From contig NW_019217851.1 in NCBI RefSeq assembly GCF_002571385.2, positions 599,898 through 663,897 of the forward strand: a stretch of DNA of 64,000 nt, in the 5' to 3' direction. Below are positions 35,801 through 47,800 of the stretch, piece after piece (the first letter of the stretch is position 1; the number at the start of each line of letters is the position of its first letter). The position numbers and the translations under genes were made by a program. The notes beneath the pieces were generated by a model. It did no database searches. It saw only the letters and a program-made list of their open reading frames with translations, and had not been told where the DNA came from. The DNA is from Stylophora pistillata. Its lineage: Eukaryota.

Positions 35801-38800
35801 GAGTTACACACTAAACCAAATAATGTAACTTTGAAGTCTGAGAAGTAACGGCAAACTCAGTTTGGTCACAACTGAGTGAAACTTAAAATAAATGTCTTCA
35901 TCAAACGTAAAAAGTCGCTAATTCTGAGTCATAGAATTCATTGTTGGTCAGTAAATAGTTCACATTATATGATGGAAAGAAGAGGTACCTGAATCCACGC
36001 CGTGCCCTTGTACATGTGGTCCACAGGCAATGAAACAATCCATCCTCTGTATTAAAGGAATAGTTCTCAAGCTATAGTCTGTTCGAAATTTGCAAACTTG
36101 TCACTATGAAAAGGGAATCTTTAAAGACAAATGCTAATTGTTTTTCTAAATACCCGCTTCGACTCACTTAACAAAATATTATCCTTCGAAAGGAAATTTT
36201 AAAAAGCATTCATAATCTCTTTTATCATAACCAATGGTTGAAGTGCAAAGGATAAGGTGATTTATAGCTTAAACTTCTGTCTTTTCTTTTAAAGTGTCAA
36301 CAATTACGAGAATCGTGCAAATTTCTCTCCAACTATAGGAAGTGGAATGCAAAATTTTGGTTGACCCTATTTCTTTACAAGCAAGTAGTTAGTGCTGACC
36401 TGATTTGCGGAGATGGCATGTGCTGTCCAGCAGATGTATCCTCATATCGTGAAGATCCTCATATTGGTAATCACAACCTTTCCATAAACACTCGTACACC
36501 AAAACAGGTCCGGTTGGAATAACATGTCCGCTGTCAACAGAACTCTGATCAAACATAAAACAACAGGGCGTTGGTAAACAATCAAACAGACCCAGTGGAA
36601 CAAGTTAACAAACCGACAGTGGTTTAGCGTGGTCTGTACTCTTATCAACAACGATATTTGTCGCCACGGTGGTCAAACTGTTTTGGACTCTTGAGACGCA
36701 GCCGACTGAGTTCACAAAAAATTTTGACTACTGAGATGACGAACACCTTTGTCGATAAGAGTACAGACCACATTAAACTACTGTCGATTCGTTTTTTACC
36801 ACAATGTTGACGTCAAATTAAAACGATTCTTTCAGTGCGTGACACGTAGACGCGAGGAGCGTTATCTGTGCTCTTATAGGCAATTCTGGTAAAATATTTT
36901 TCTTATCTCCACTCATCATCAACTGAACCTAAATCGTTCCATTAAACTCTAATGTTATTTTTACTGATTTGGGTCTTGAATGAGAAATTAATATATCTGC
37001 ACCCAAAGACTAAATTATCTTACAAAATTAGTCGTCATACCATTTTTTTAATTTACTGAAAAAGACAAACAAAGAAAGGAAATAAAAATTACCTGGCACA
37101 CTTAACCTGAGTAACACGCACATAAGTTCAAATAACAAAAATTCCTCACTTTGAAGGCTTTTCGAGTAATTACAATGAATTGTCTTCATTTATTAACACA
37201 CCTCAGATTCACTTTGGGAAAGCTGTAGTTGAGCTCTTGCTTCATAGTCAGCTTTCTTCTGTGCACTTATATTACGCCACTAATCGAAAAACAATAACGA
37301 TAAGACATTAGCACATACATAACTGCAAACTGAGAGAACTTTGGCTATTCATGACAAGCCGTTCATCCATTTCACTCTAATCAAATTTTTACATCACACT
37401 AAAACCATGCATGCAAACTTTCAACCTCGTCGCCTGATAAAGACTAGCAGTGTAGTCATCAAAACGTCACGATGAATACACTTGATAGCGCGACTCTCCA
37501 TCGTGAGACAAAAGTGTAAACGTTCACTGATCTCCATAACCAAGATTAACAACATCTTTTCTAACAGTTGTCCTATTATCAGTTATAACAGTTATCCTAT
37601 TATCAAGAAAATAAAGTGTAAACGTTCACTGATCTCCATAACCAAGATTAACAACATCTTTTCTAACAGTTGTCCTATTATCAGTTATAACAGTTATCCT
37701 ATTATCAAGAAAATAATCAACCCCCCCATTTTTTTTAAATGTACTGAAATAGCTTATTAGTGAGTTATTCAGCTCTTACCTCCACTCCAATGATACGACT
37801 TATTTCGCCAAATGCATACTCTGGGTGTTCCTTTCTAATTGTTGCCCTCATTTCATGAGAAAATAGAAGGTATCCTGACTGACCTCTCTGCTTTTTAGGC
37901 TTCTAGAAGAGAAAAAAAAATTGACCTATCAGAAATAAGAATACTTCAAATAACTCCTTCAGTCCTTGACGATAATAGAACTCTTCATGTAGCTCTTGAC
38001 ATCAACTTGCCAGTGATACACTGACACTCCTTGGATGGAAAATAAATGTTAACATCAAATAACAGAGCTCTGACCTTGCTTCCATCGCCTGTTGAATCTG
38101 TCAAATTCAAGGCAGGGGATTGACTACGCTCTTCTTCTAATAAATCCAGGTCTTCAATCAGGAGACGAGAAGGAACCTAAAATCACACAAACACAACTTA
38201 GTTATTCAGGGTGTTGTATTTCGCCCTCGAACAACATGAAAACTCTTCGAATAACCCTGCACAAGCGATATACCACATTCCATATTCCATTCCATTTAAC
38301 TAGTTAAAGATCATTCACACATTCAGTCAGTTTTAATGCACTGAACAACAACTGTCTGAGGATCATTTGGAAGAAGAGAGTTCGAAACAGTATGTAGAAT
38401 GACGTCTGTATATATGCAAGGGCTACAGTTATGTCTTAGCACTTAACAAACATTCACCAACCTTCACTGGGCTGATGGGTTTTTCAAAGAAGTAGTATTC
38501 ATCTTCTTGCACACTGACTGTCAAAGTATAGCGCTAGAAAATAAAACAGTAAGGTGACAAGCTTCGGTGTAAGAGATAATGAAACATGAAAACTCGCCCA
38601 TGATATCCTTTAACTTTCACATAAATATTTTGAAATGCTTAGTCAGTAAATATTTCATTCACTAAAATTACGGGAAAAACGGTAGAAGTAGGGTGTAAAA
38701 TCACTTTCTGGTTTTCTTCGATGTGATGCAGTGGAACGAATTGAACTTAGCCGCTTGAACTCGGCAAAGTGCTGTCTTGAAATTTCAATGACGCTACTGA

Positions 38801-41800
38801 AGATATAAACAGTATTTCACGACGCTTACCAGGCTTTCAAATGTTCAGAAAAAAACCCTTAAAAATTTTCATGCAGGATACAGAACTAACAATGTAGGTG
38901 TACCTTGAGACCTTTCAGTTTTCTGAATTGTCCTTCTTCTTCGTCATATCTCGCTTCGTTCAGGTAAATATCTTTCTCTGGTATTTCTGTGGGCCGACCT
39001 GTGGCCAAAAAAAAAATGTGAAAAACCAGAAAAATATTCCGACATGACCACACAAATAAACAAATCAAAGTCTTCATTATGAAGAAGGAATGTTCATTGG
39101 GATGACAAAGAACCAGGCTTAAGTAAAAGCTTTCTTAGATATCAAATTCAACAAATTTCTTTTATATGACGGAAAAAACTATTTTCTTAAGACAACATGT
39201 AGCGTTTGAGTATAAAATACAGAATCTGTAAGCACATTTAACAGGCATTCGCTCTTAAACTAGTTTCTAGATTAACTGACACAATACAGCGTATTGAAGT
39301 GTCCCGGTAAGAAAAAGTAGTATGATCTCACTTACATCTGATATATTCCCTGAATGACAATACACAACATTTTCCTGCAATGGCGCCGATAGGCAAGGTT
39401 TCTTCTAAAGAGCTGAGGAACACTTCCTTTTCATAAAACATCCTGGTAGGTAGGTGCTGAGTACTGGCAGGTGTGATAAACCAAGGGCCATGAAACCAAG
39501 CATGTCCACTACGGTACAGAAACAAAGTTATAAGTAAGAATAGGACTGAAGGTGGCTAAACTCCACGGAACTTGCAGCTGAAGTGAAAACTGTACACGTC
39601 ATATTACGGATGCATGGCCGTGCGTTCATAAGGATTTTTACCATAGCAGTTTCTGAGGAATTTGGTAGGAATTGCGCCCATGATGTGTTGTAAATCTAAG
39701 TCAAGCATGCGTTCCAAAGAGTCAAAAGTCGAAGTGGAAGTGAAAAGTGGCATCGCGGCTCGGTAAATATCCACCCCTTTCACCGATATAGAATATATTA
39801 CATAGCAAAGAGATTTCGCTTTGATAAGAATCGAGAATGAATTGTTTATTTTAAGAGCCGGGAAAGAAAGCGAACTGTGCTTGTAGCACAATAAACCCAA
39901 AGGGTTGTTCAATATTTTCTTTGTTTTGATATGACTGTCTTTTGCCGCTTTTTGCGACTTCGTTGCCGACATTTTCTGAAAGTTACGAACACAGGATTGG
40001 CTTCATCATGCCCGCAGACGCTGCCAGCTGTGTAATAAAACTAATAATCTTTATTACTACATGATGCACAAGTAAAAGCTCTACTGCCACCTATAAGACC
40101 TCTTATTTCCGTCTGCTGAACCGGTTTCGCCTTAATTGCAATTGAATAGTCCTTTTAACGCGAGCTCGTGGTTAGCTCGCGGTAAGCCAAGTACTGTTCA
40201 CTTGCGAGCAGCTAAAGAGAAATAAACTCGCTTCCCGTTTTTCATCGGTTTTCTCTGGGCAAACTTTATCAGTAAACGAAAAGGCCACAGGAAGAATACA
40301 ACCATTGTCACGAATTTGGTTTAACACTATGTCTGTTCATCTTTTTAACCTCAAATTTTAAGAAGAAACAATCAAATACAGTGCCTTGTTCACGAACACC
40401 GGTGGCATACTGAGAAGTTATTGTAAACACTCACGATTATTTTCCTCCACTTCTGTGAATAGTTTTTTATTACACTGGTCAACTGTCTCGTTACGTTTCT
40501 GCAATCCATTTTTGGAATTGATTACCAGCGCTATAAGTTTTCAGTTGCGATTGATAACACCACAAATTTTAGTATTTTGTTCACATTGCTAATATTGTGA
40601 CGTGACGTGACGTGAATTCAGACTAGTTTGAGTTCAAAGGATTAGACTTTGAACTTTGTTTAAGAGTAAAGAAAAAGAATTGAAGAACAAGCCAGACCTA
40701 CTATCAGTACATAATCACATCCAACTCAGCGAAAAAGTTCAAACCCAAGAGAAACGACCACCAACGAATTGTTCACCCACAATACCCAAAACAACATCTT
40801 TCCCTTATGCATTTTATTTCTTACCTCCTGTCTGTCCACAACTTATCAATTCTGGACATGCACAGAAATCCTTCATCTGACCTGACATAGACACAGTCAC
40901 CTGTAAACAGAAATAAAGATACTACACGTCAGTTCATAATTCAGTCCCTTCCATGCTTATTCACGTCTTAGTTTCAGTTTAATCCTTTTTCTCACCTACA
41001 CAAATCTAAAAATAAAACATTGACAAAACATGAACGAGGCAAGGTAGCCTAGCAGTAAGAAAGCTGACTGCTTACCAAGCTTGTAGGGAGTGTCTCTCAC
41101 ATAAAACTGTTCATAATGTATGCAGCCTTCTTCCGCATTCTGAGGAGACTCCAGAACCACATTCTGGAAAGACAATGTAAAATCAATCACATTTTAACTT
41201 ACAAGCGTAATCACATTTTGGTTTTCAGTGTTCTGTATGTACTAGAATGCATCATGGCTCAACACATCAAGAACTACAATTTTTTTTTTAAGTTCTACCG
41301 TTTTTCCCTTTACGTAGTATATTTTCAAACGAACTAATCGGTCTTTATCAACGAGTTTTGCAACAATTGAAGCACCAGTCCGTCATTTATATGATTATTT
41401 TACATTTTCCTGCGGATCACAAACGTCAGACATTTGGTGTGCACGTCTGTTTCATTGCATGTAATGGAGTATGGTGGGAGTTATGCTGCTGAAATGAGCA
41501 TTGAAATGGACGATCTATACACAAATTACTTATTGCATTGGTTAAATTTCTTGCCTTTTTCGCATCATGGACAGGTGCTTCTCCTGAATCGATTTCCATT
41601 GGCTGAGCAGTGTTGCCTGTTTTGTTGACAAAAACCGATGGAACACGTCTCGGGTGGAGAGGTTCTTCTCTTGCGACATGACGGACTTTTGATGGAGGTA
41701 CAGACCACACCTATAACAGGATCAAAATTAAATACGATAGAGCTGTCGGCCAATGCTCAAACGATTGACAAGCTACGTCATCACGATTTCAGAGGAAGTG

Positions 41801-44800
41801 ACGTGTATAAACCGGAAATCAGGTGCATATTGTTTTTGCAGAATGTGTTGACTGATTATAACGACAGTTGACCCAGCTATCACTTGGCCAGGTGTGTCGG
41901 TAACGGAAGAAACACAATGCTACTTACCACACGACGACTAACGCATAACAAAGCGGTACCACAAATGTTTGAAAGCAAACCCAGGGGCTTAGTTGCAGAC
42001 TTTCACAATAATATATGTTATGAAATTCAATACAAAAAGTAAAGCCTCTTTCTACCACGGAAATGTACCTTTATCTTTTTGAACGACTTTGCCTTGACAT
42101 TGTATCTTGATTCACAAACAAAAACATCTTCGTCTTTGAAATTCTGCAAAAGAGATTGAAGAAATTTTATTGAAGTATCAGAGATAATTTTTCCCGCTGC
42201 CAAAGAGCAAGAATTGCAAATTGTTTTCAAATAAGATACAACACTTATGCGACACTGAGTGAGACCTACTCACTCAATGGAGCCAGCCAAATAATGCTAT
42301 GTGAATGCCAAAAGTGTTTATTGCAAAAACAAGGAGGGCGATCCACAAAGGAAAGAAAGAACATAAAAGTTTGTTAATACCTCTAAGTTAGATTTAGAAC
42401 TCAGTTATTTCAGACCATTTTAGGATCATAATAGTAATCATGACCCTCTCCGGTGTACATGTAGAATTAAAAAAACATATTCGCACAATATTTCATGAAA
42501 GCAATATCAGTAGAGAGAGCAGAATCAAAATTTCAAAAAGTATGTTTACCAACAAACAGAAAGCATAACAGCTGGTCTCCAAGAAAGCCCATGAGGAGCA
42601 ACATGCACCAGTCCAAACAATAATGAATACCGAAATTTACCAACAACAGGGCGTCAAAATGCAGTGACAGCTGCCGGCTCATAGTTCGCATTCGCAACAA
42701 TTTTTCAGTAGAGGTCTTTCTATTAATCAGGCTCGTGAAAAGACAAAAACTTCTTTATCACGTTTGTTTCCTCACAGTATTTCACTACCCAGGTGAGAAT
42801 ACAACGGAAGATAATTCATATGAGGGTAAAGTTAGTTCCCGTACAAAGAGCGATACATTATCGTGAAACTGAATAAAACCCCTTACCTCTGACTTCTGCT
42901 TGAAGAAGTCTTTAACAAACATAACATAACATTTTCCCACGACTTGCTTCAAGTTTGAGCATTCATAGTAATCACTCTTAAACACTTCCTGCAAGGGACA
43001 AGTTTGCACTTCAGGGTTTTGGTGAAATCAGAGACAGTTTTTACCTCATGCACTTCAGTTTTAAATTTCTGCTATTGCACTCTGCGAATAGTGTAGCCAT
43101 GCAGACAATCTTCCTCTCACTAATGTGGAAGGTTTACGCCATTATTCGCTGAGCAACATTTGTGCTCATGCAGCAAACCAAGTTCAAGTTATTAACTTTT
43201 GATTAATAGAATAAAGACGTTAATTCACTAACACTGTACATTTTCCCAGTACTTAGTGGAAAACTGCTGTAAAGGTGGCAAGGTGAACAACATGCACCCA
43301 TAGAGTAACATTCAAAGGACGGTGTAAATTACCTTTTCTAGGAATTTCCTCGTAGCAGTATGAAATGTCTCCTCAGGTCGATAAAACCAGCTTCCATACA
43401 ACCACTTGTGGGAAGAAAGTATTTTATTTTCAAACTATGATAACGACTTCATTTCGTTTTCTATTAAGGTGAGAAATAAGACCATCAGGAGTTCGTGAAG
43501 GCCTTGCGTCTGCAAGACCTGACTTTTAACTCTATGGCTCAAATATATTGTCGATGCACACATACAGCTGTTTTTCTTTTGCTCGAGGGAATTGTTGGGT
43601 GCGGACAAACGGTAAGGCTACGCGGATTGATTAAAGATCTTTCTCGCTCACCTCCGCGGGCAACCCTCTCATGAGCGTCAATGGACTTTTCAAGTCTGTT
43701 ACTTTTCTTTCCGTGCACATTTTGTACTGATCCTTCTAAAATGATCATTTTCTCTTCCGCTTGTACAAAGTGTCATTGAAACACTCTAGCACATTGAATC
43801 ACTTTAGCACTCCTCTAGGGGAAACACCCACCAAAGGAACGTTTGGAGGAGGAGTAGGTTACACAAACCATAAAATTTTTACTGCTTACCGCGGTTTCAG
43901 ATTTCAAAGAGTGACATAACCTTACAAAAATTACCAGCAAATAGCACCAAATTCGAATATAGAGGCCGCCATCAAAAAAAGAAAAACGAACACTCAGAAA
44001 AACAACTGAACAAAAACAAACACTCAGAAAGTTTGACACTACTAAACTTCAATGCGCGGTTCAAAAGACTTATTGGTAATTATTGGCAAAATAAAATTTA
44101 CTGCTACTACACATTCTCACCAATTCTCCATTGTTATCTCTGTAAAGCTTTTCAACAGATACAATATGTGGCTGAAGGTCTTCCTCTCTGGTAAAATGAA
44201 AGGGAAACATCAAATTACCCCGTGTCTACTGATTTCAACAATTCTGTTGCGGGTCTCGCGACATTATTTCGCACTAAAACGAAGACTCTACCTAACTGTT
44301 GAAAGTTTTTAATGATTAAAACATAACAGCTAACTTTTTTCCAAGAGGAAATGAACGCCTAGTGTTGAGTTCTACGCATCACAAATAACGCGCAAATCGT
44401 TCTATAACACGTACTACGTTCATTTACAAGCATGACGTGTGAACTGTCCTGTTGGTGCTTAAACCAGGAAGCTGACAAACAGACACGTGAGGGAATTTTG
44501 CTTTAGCGTATTTTTTAGTTCAGATTACGCAGGTCATTCACCTTGGTTTAAGGTACACAAAATCTCCAACTCGTATTTGAATGTCTTTGTAGGACAACTC
44601 CTGTTCACATGCTTCATCGCTTACTGGCACCTGTAAAGAGAGGCAATGTTTCATCAATATACAGAAGAATTATGTCACAAGTAATCAGTTAGCATTGGGT
44701 ATTTTATATCTGATGGTTAAAGGATTAAGCGAAGTTCAACTGGGTGAACAGTCATATGTCACTGAGTGACTGTACAAAAGCACATGAACCCCGACGCAGG

Positions 44801-47800
44801 AGTCACATCTGTTAATTACAAGTTGGATCACAAACAGAATTGGACAACACAACATCCTTTTGCCAAGTCATTACAATTTCCGATAAAAACAAATTTATCT
44901 CTTTAATGAAGGCTTGCAATTCCAATTTTCTGAAATAAAAAATTATGGGAATATGGGGAACACATTGCCCGATGCATTTAATTCCTCTAGTTGGGAAATT
45001 CTAAGTGAGGAGCAGATGAGTACTAATGTCAGGGTGTAAAGAGTTAACTCTTCCAAACTTTTTCGCACGTTATTTTTCACACTTTTTACACTTGAGTGAG
45101 AGTGGTGTAGTAAAATTAACAAACTTAGTGAGACACATAGAAGCTCACAGTGTAATTGCCAAGATTCGGGGCTATATTCAGCAAAGATTATGAAAAAGTG
45201 CTAGCAAATTGTCGGAGAAACTTGACCGACTGAGTAACACTCCACCAGTAGCAATTCTTCAAGTCACTCCACGCTTTAAATAGCAGAATAAGCTGACGTG
45301 CAGTCTGACGAGTCTGTGCTGAGTAACACTCCACCAGTAGCAATTCTTCAAGTCACTCCACGCTTTAAATAGCAGAATAAGCTGACGTGCAGTCTGACGA
45401 GTCTGTGCTGAGTAACACTCCACCAGTAGCAATTCTTCAAGTCACTCCACGCTTTAAATAGCAGAATAAGCTGACGTGCAGTCTGACGAGTCTGTGCTGA
45501 GTAACACTCCACCAGTAGCAATTCTTCAAGTCACTCCACGCTTTAAATAGCAGAATAAGCTGACGTGCAGTCTGACGAGTCTGTGCTGAGTAACACTCCA
45601 CCAGTAGCAATTCTTCAAGTCACTCCACGCTTTAAATAGCAGAATAAGCTGACGTGCAGTCTGACGAGTCTGTGCTGAGTAACACTCCACCAGTAGCAAT
45701 TCTTCAAGTCACTCCACGCTTTAAATAGCAGAATAAGCTGACGTGCAGTCTGACGAGTCTGTGCTGAGTAACACTCCACCAGTAGCAATTCTTCAAGTCA
45801 CTCCACGCTTTAAATAGCAGAATAAGCTGACGTGCAGTCTGACGAGTCTGTGCTGAGTAACACTCCACCAGTAGCAATTCTTCAAGTCACTCCACGCTTT
45901 AAATAGCAGAATAAGCTGACGTGCAGTCTGACGAGTCTGTGCTGAGTAACACTCCACCAGTAGCAATTCTTCAAGTCACTCCACGCTTTAAATAGCAGAA
46001 TAAGCTGACGTGCAGTCTGACGAGTCTGTGCTGAGTAACACTCCACCAGTAGCAATTCTTCAAGTCACTCCACGCTTTAAATAGCAGAATAAGCTGACGT
46101 GCAGTCTGACGAGTCTGTGCTGAGTAACACTCCACCAGTAGCAATTCTTCAAGTCACTCCACGCTTTAAATAGCAGAATAAGCTGACGTGCAGTCTGACG
46201 AGTCTGTGCTGAGTAACACTCCACCAGTAGCAATTCTTCAAGTCACTCCACGCTTTAAATAGCAGAATAAGCTGACGTGCAGTCTGACGAGTCTGTGCTG
46301 AGTAACACTCCACCAGTAGCAATTCTTCAAGTCACTCCACGCTTTAAATAGCAGAATAAGCTGACGTGCAGTCTGACGAGTCTGTGCTGAGTAACACTCC
46401 ACCAGTAGCAATTCTTCAAGTCACTCCACGCTTTAAATAGCAGAATAAGCTGACGTGCAGTCTGACGAGTCTGTTTTGATGACAGACAGAGAAACTACCC
46501 CAAAGCTATTTTCCATNNNNNNNNNNNNNNNNNNNNNNNNNNNNNNNNNNNNNNNNNNNNNNNNNNNNNNNNNNNNNNNNNNNNNNNNNNNNNNNNNNNN
46601 NNNNNNNNNNNNNNNNNNNNNNNNNNNNNNNNNNNNNNNNNNNNNNNNNNNNNNNNNNNNNNNNNNNNNNNNNNNNNNNNNNNNNNNNNNNNNNNNNNNN
46701 NNNNNNNNNNNNNNNNNNNNNNNNNNNNNNNNNNNNNNNNNNNNNNNNNNNNNNNNNNNNNNNNNNNNNNNNNNNNNNNNNNNNNNNNNNNNNNNNNNNN
46801 NNNNNNNNNNNNNNNNNNNNNNNNNNNNNNNNNNNNNNNNNNNNNNNNNNNNNNNNNNNNNNNNNNNNNNNNNNNNNNNNNNNNNNNNNNNNNNNNNNNN
46901 NNNNNNNNNNNNNNNNNNNNNNNNNNNNNNNNNNNNNNNNNNNNNNNNNNNNNNNNNNNNNNNNNNNNNNNNNNNNNNNNNNNNNNNNNNNNNNNNNNNN
47001 NNNNNNNNNNNNNNNNNNNNNNNNNNNNNNNNNNNNNNNNNNNNNNNNNNNNNNNNNNNNNNNNNNNNNNNNNNNNNNNNNNNNNNNNNNNNNNNNNNNN
47101 NNNNNNNNNNNNNNNNNNNNNNNNNNNNNNNNNNNNNNNNNNNNNNNNNNNNNNNNNNNNNNNNNNNNNNNNNNNNNNNNNNNNNNNNNNNNNNNNNNNN
47201 NNNNNNNNNNNNNNNNNNNNNNNNNNNNNNNNNNNNNNNNNNNNNNNNNNNNNNNNNNNNNNNNNNNNNNNNNNNNNNNNNNNNNNNNNNNNNNNNNNNN
47301 NNNNNNNNNNNNNNNNNNNNNNNNNNNNNNNNNNNNNNNNNNNNNNNNNNNNNNNNNNNNNNNNNNNNNNNNNNNNNNNNNNNNNNNNNNNNNNNNNNNN
47401 NNNNNNNNNNNNNNNNNNNNNNNNNNNNNNNNNNNNNNNNNNNNNNNNNNNNNNNNNNNNNNNNNNNNNNNNNNNNNNNNNNNNNNNNNNNNNNTTTAAA
47501 CAAAAGAATATTAATCCAGCAGCCATTTATGAAAGTGGTTATGATTAAAGTTTTTTGTGATGGGTAACTGTCCAATAACAAGTGTGTGATTACATCCATC
47601 TGTCCAATTACACTGTCTGTTTACAACTCCTCAGAAAATTTAGCAAAAATGTGATAATTCTGTGCATAAAGTAGAAGTTAAAATAAAGCACCTCAGTATC
47701 TGAACGAAAGATCTCCCTGGCCTTTTCCAAGATTGCAAAAACATCCTCTTGATATCTGTCCAATCTGTGGTACTGCCCCTTTGATAAATCATATATTACA

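Noticed and set aside
45230-46474. CRISPR-like array
   Set aside because: The units are identical end to end with no unique spacers, there are no cas genes, and the context is a eukaryotic intron.
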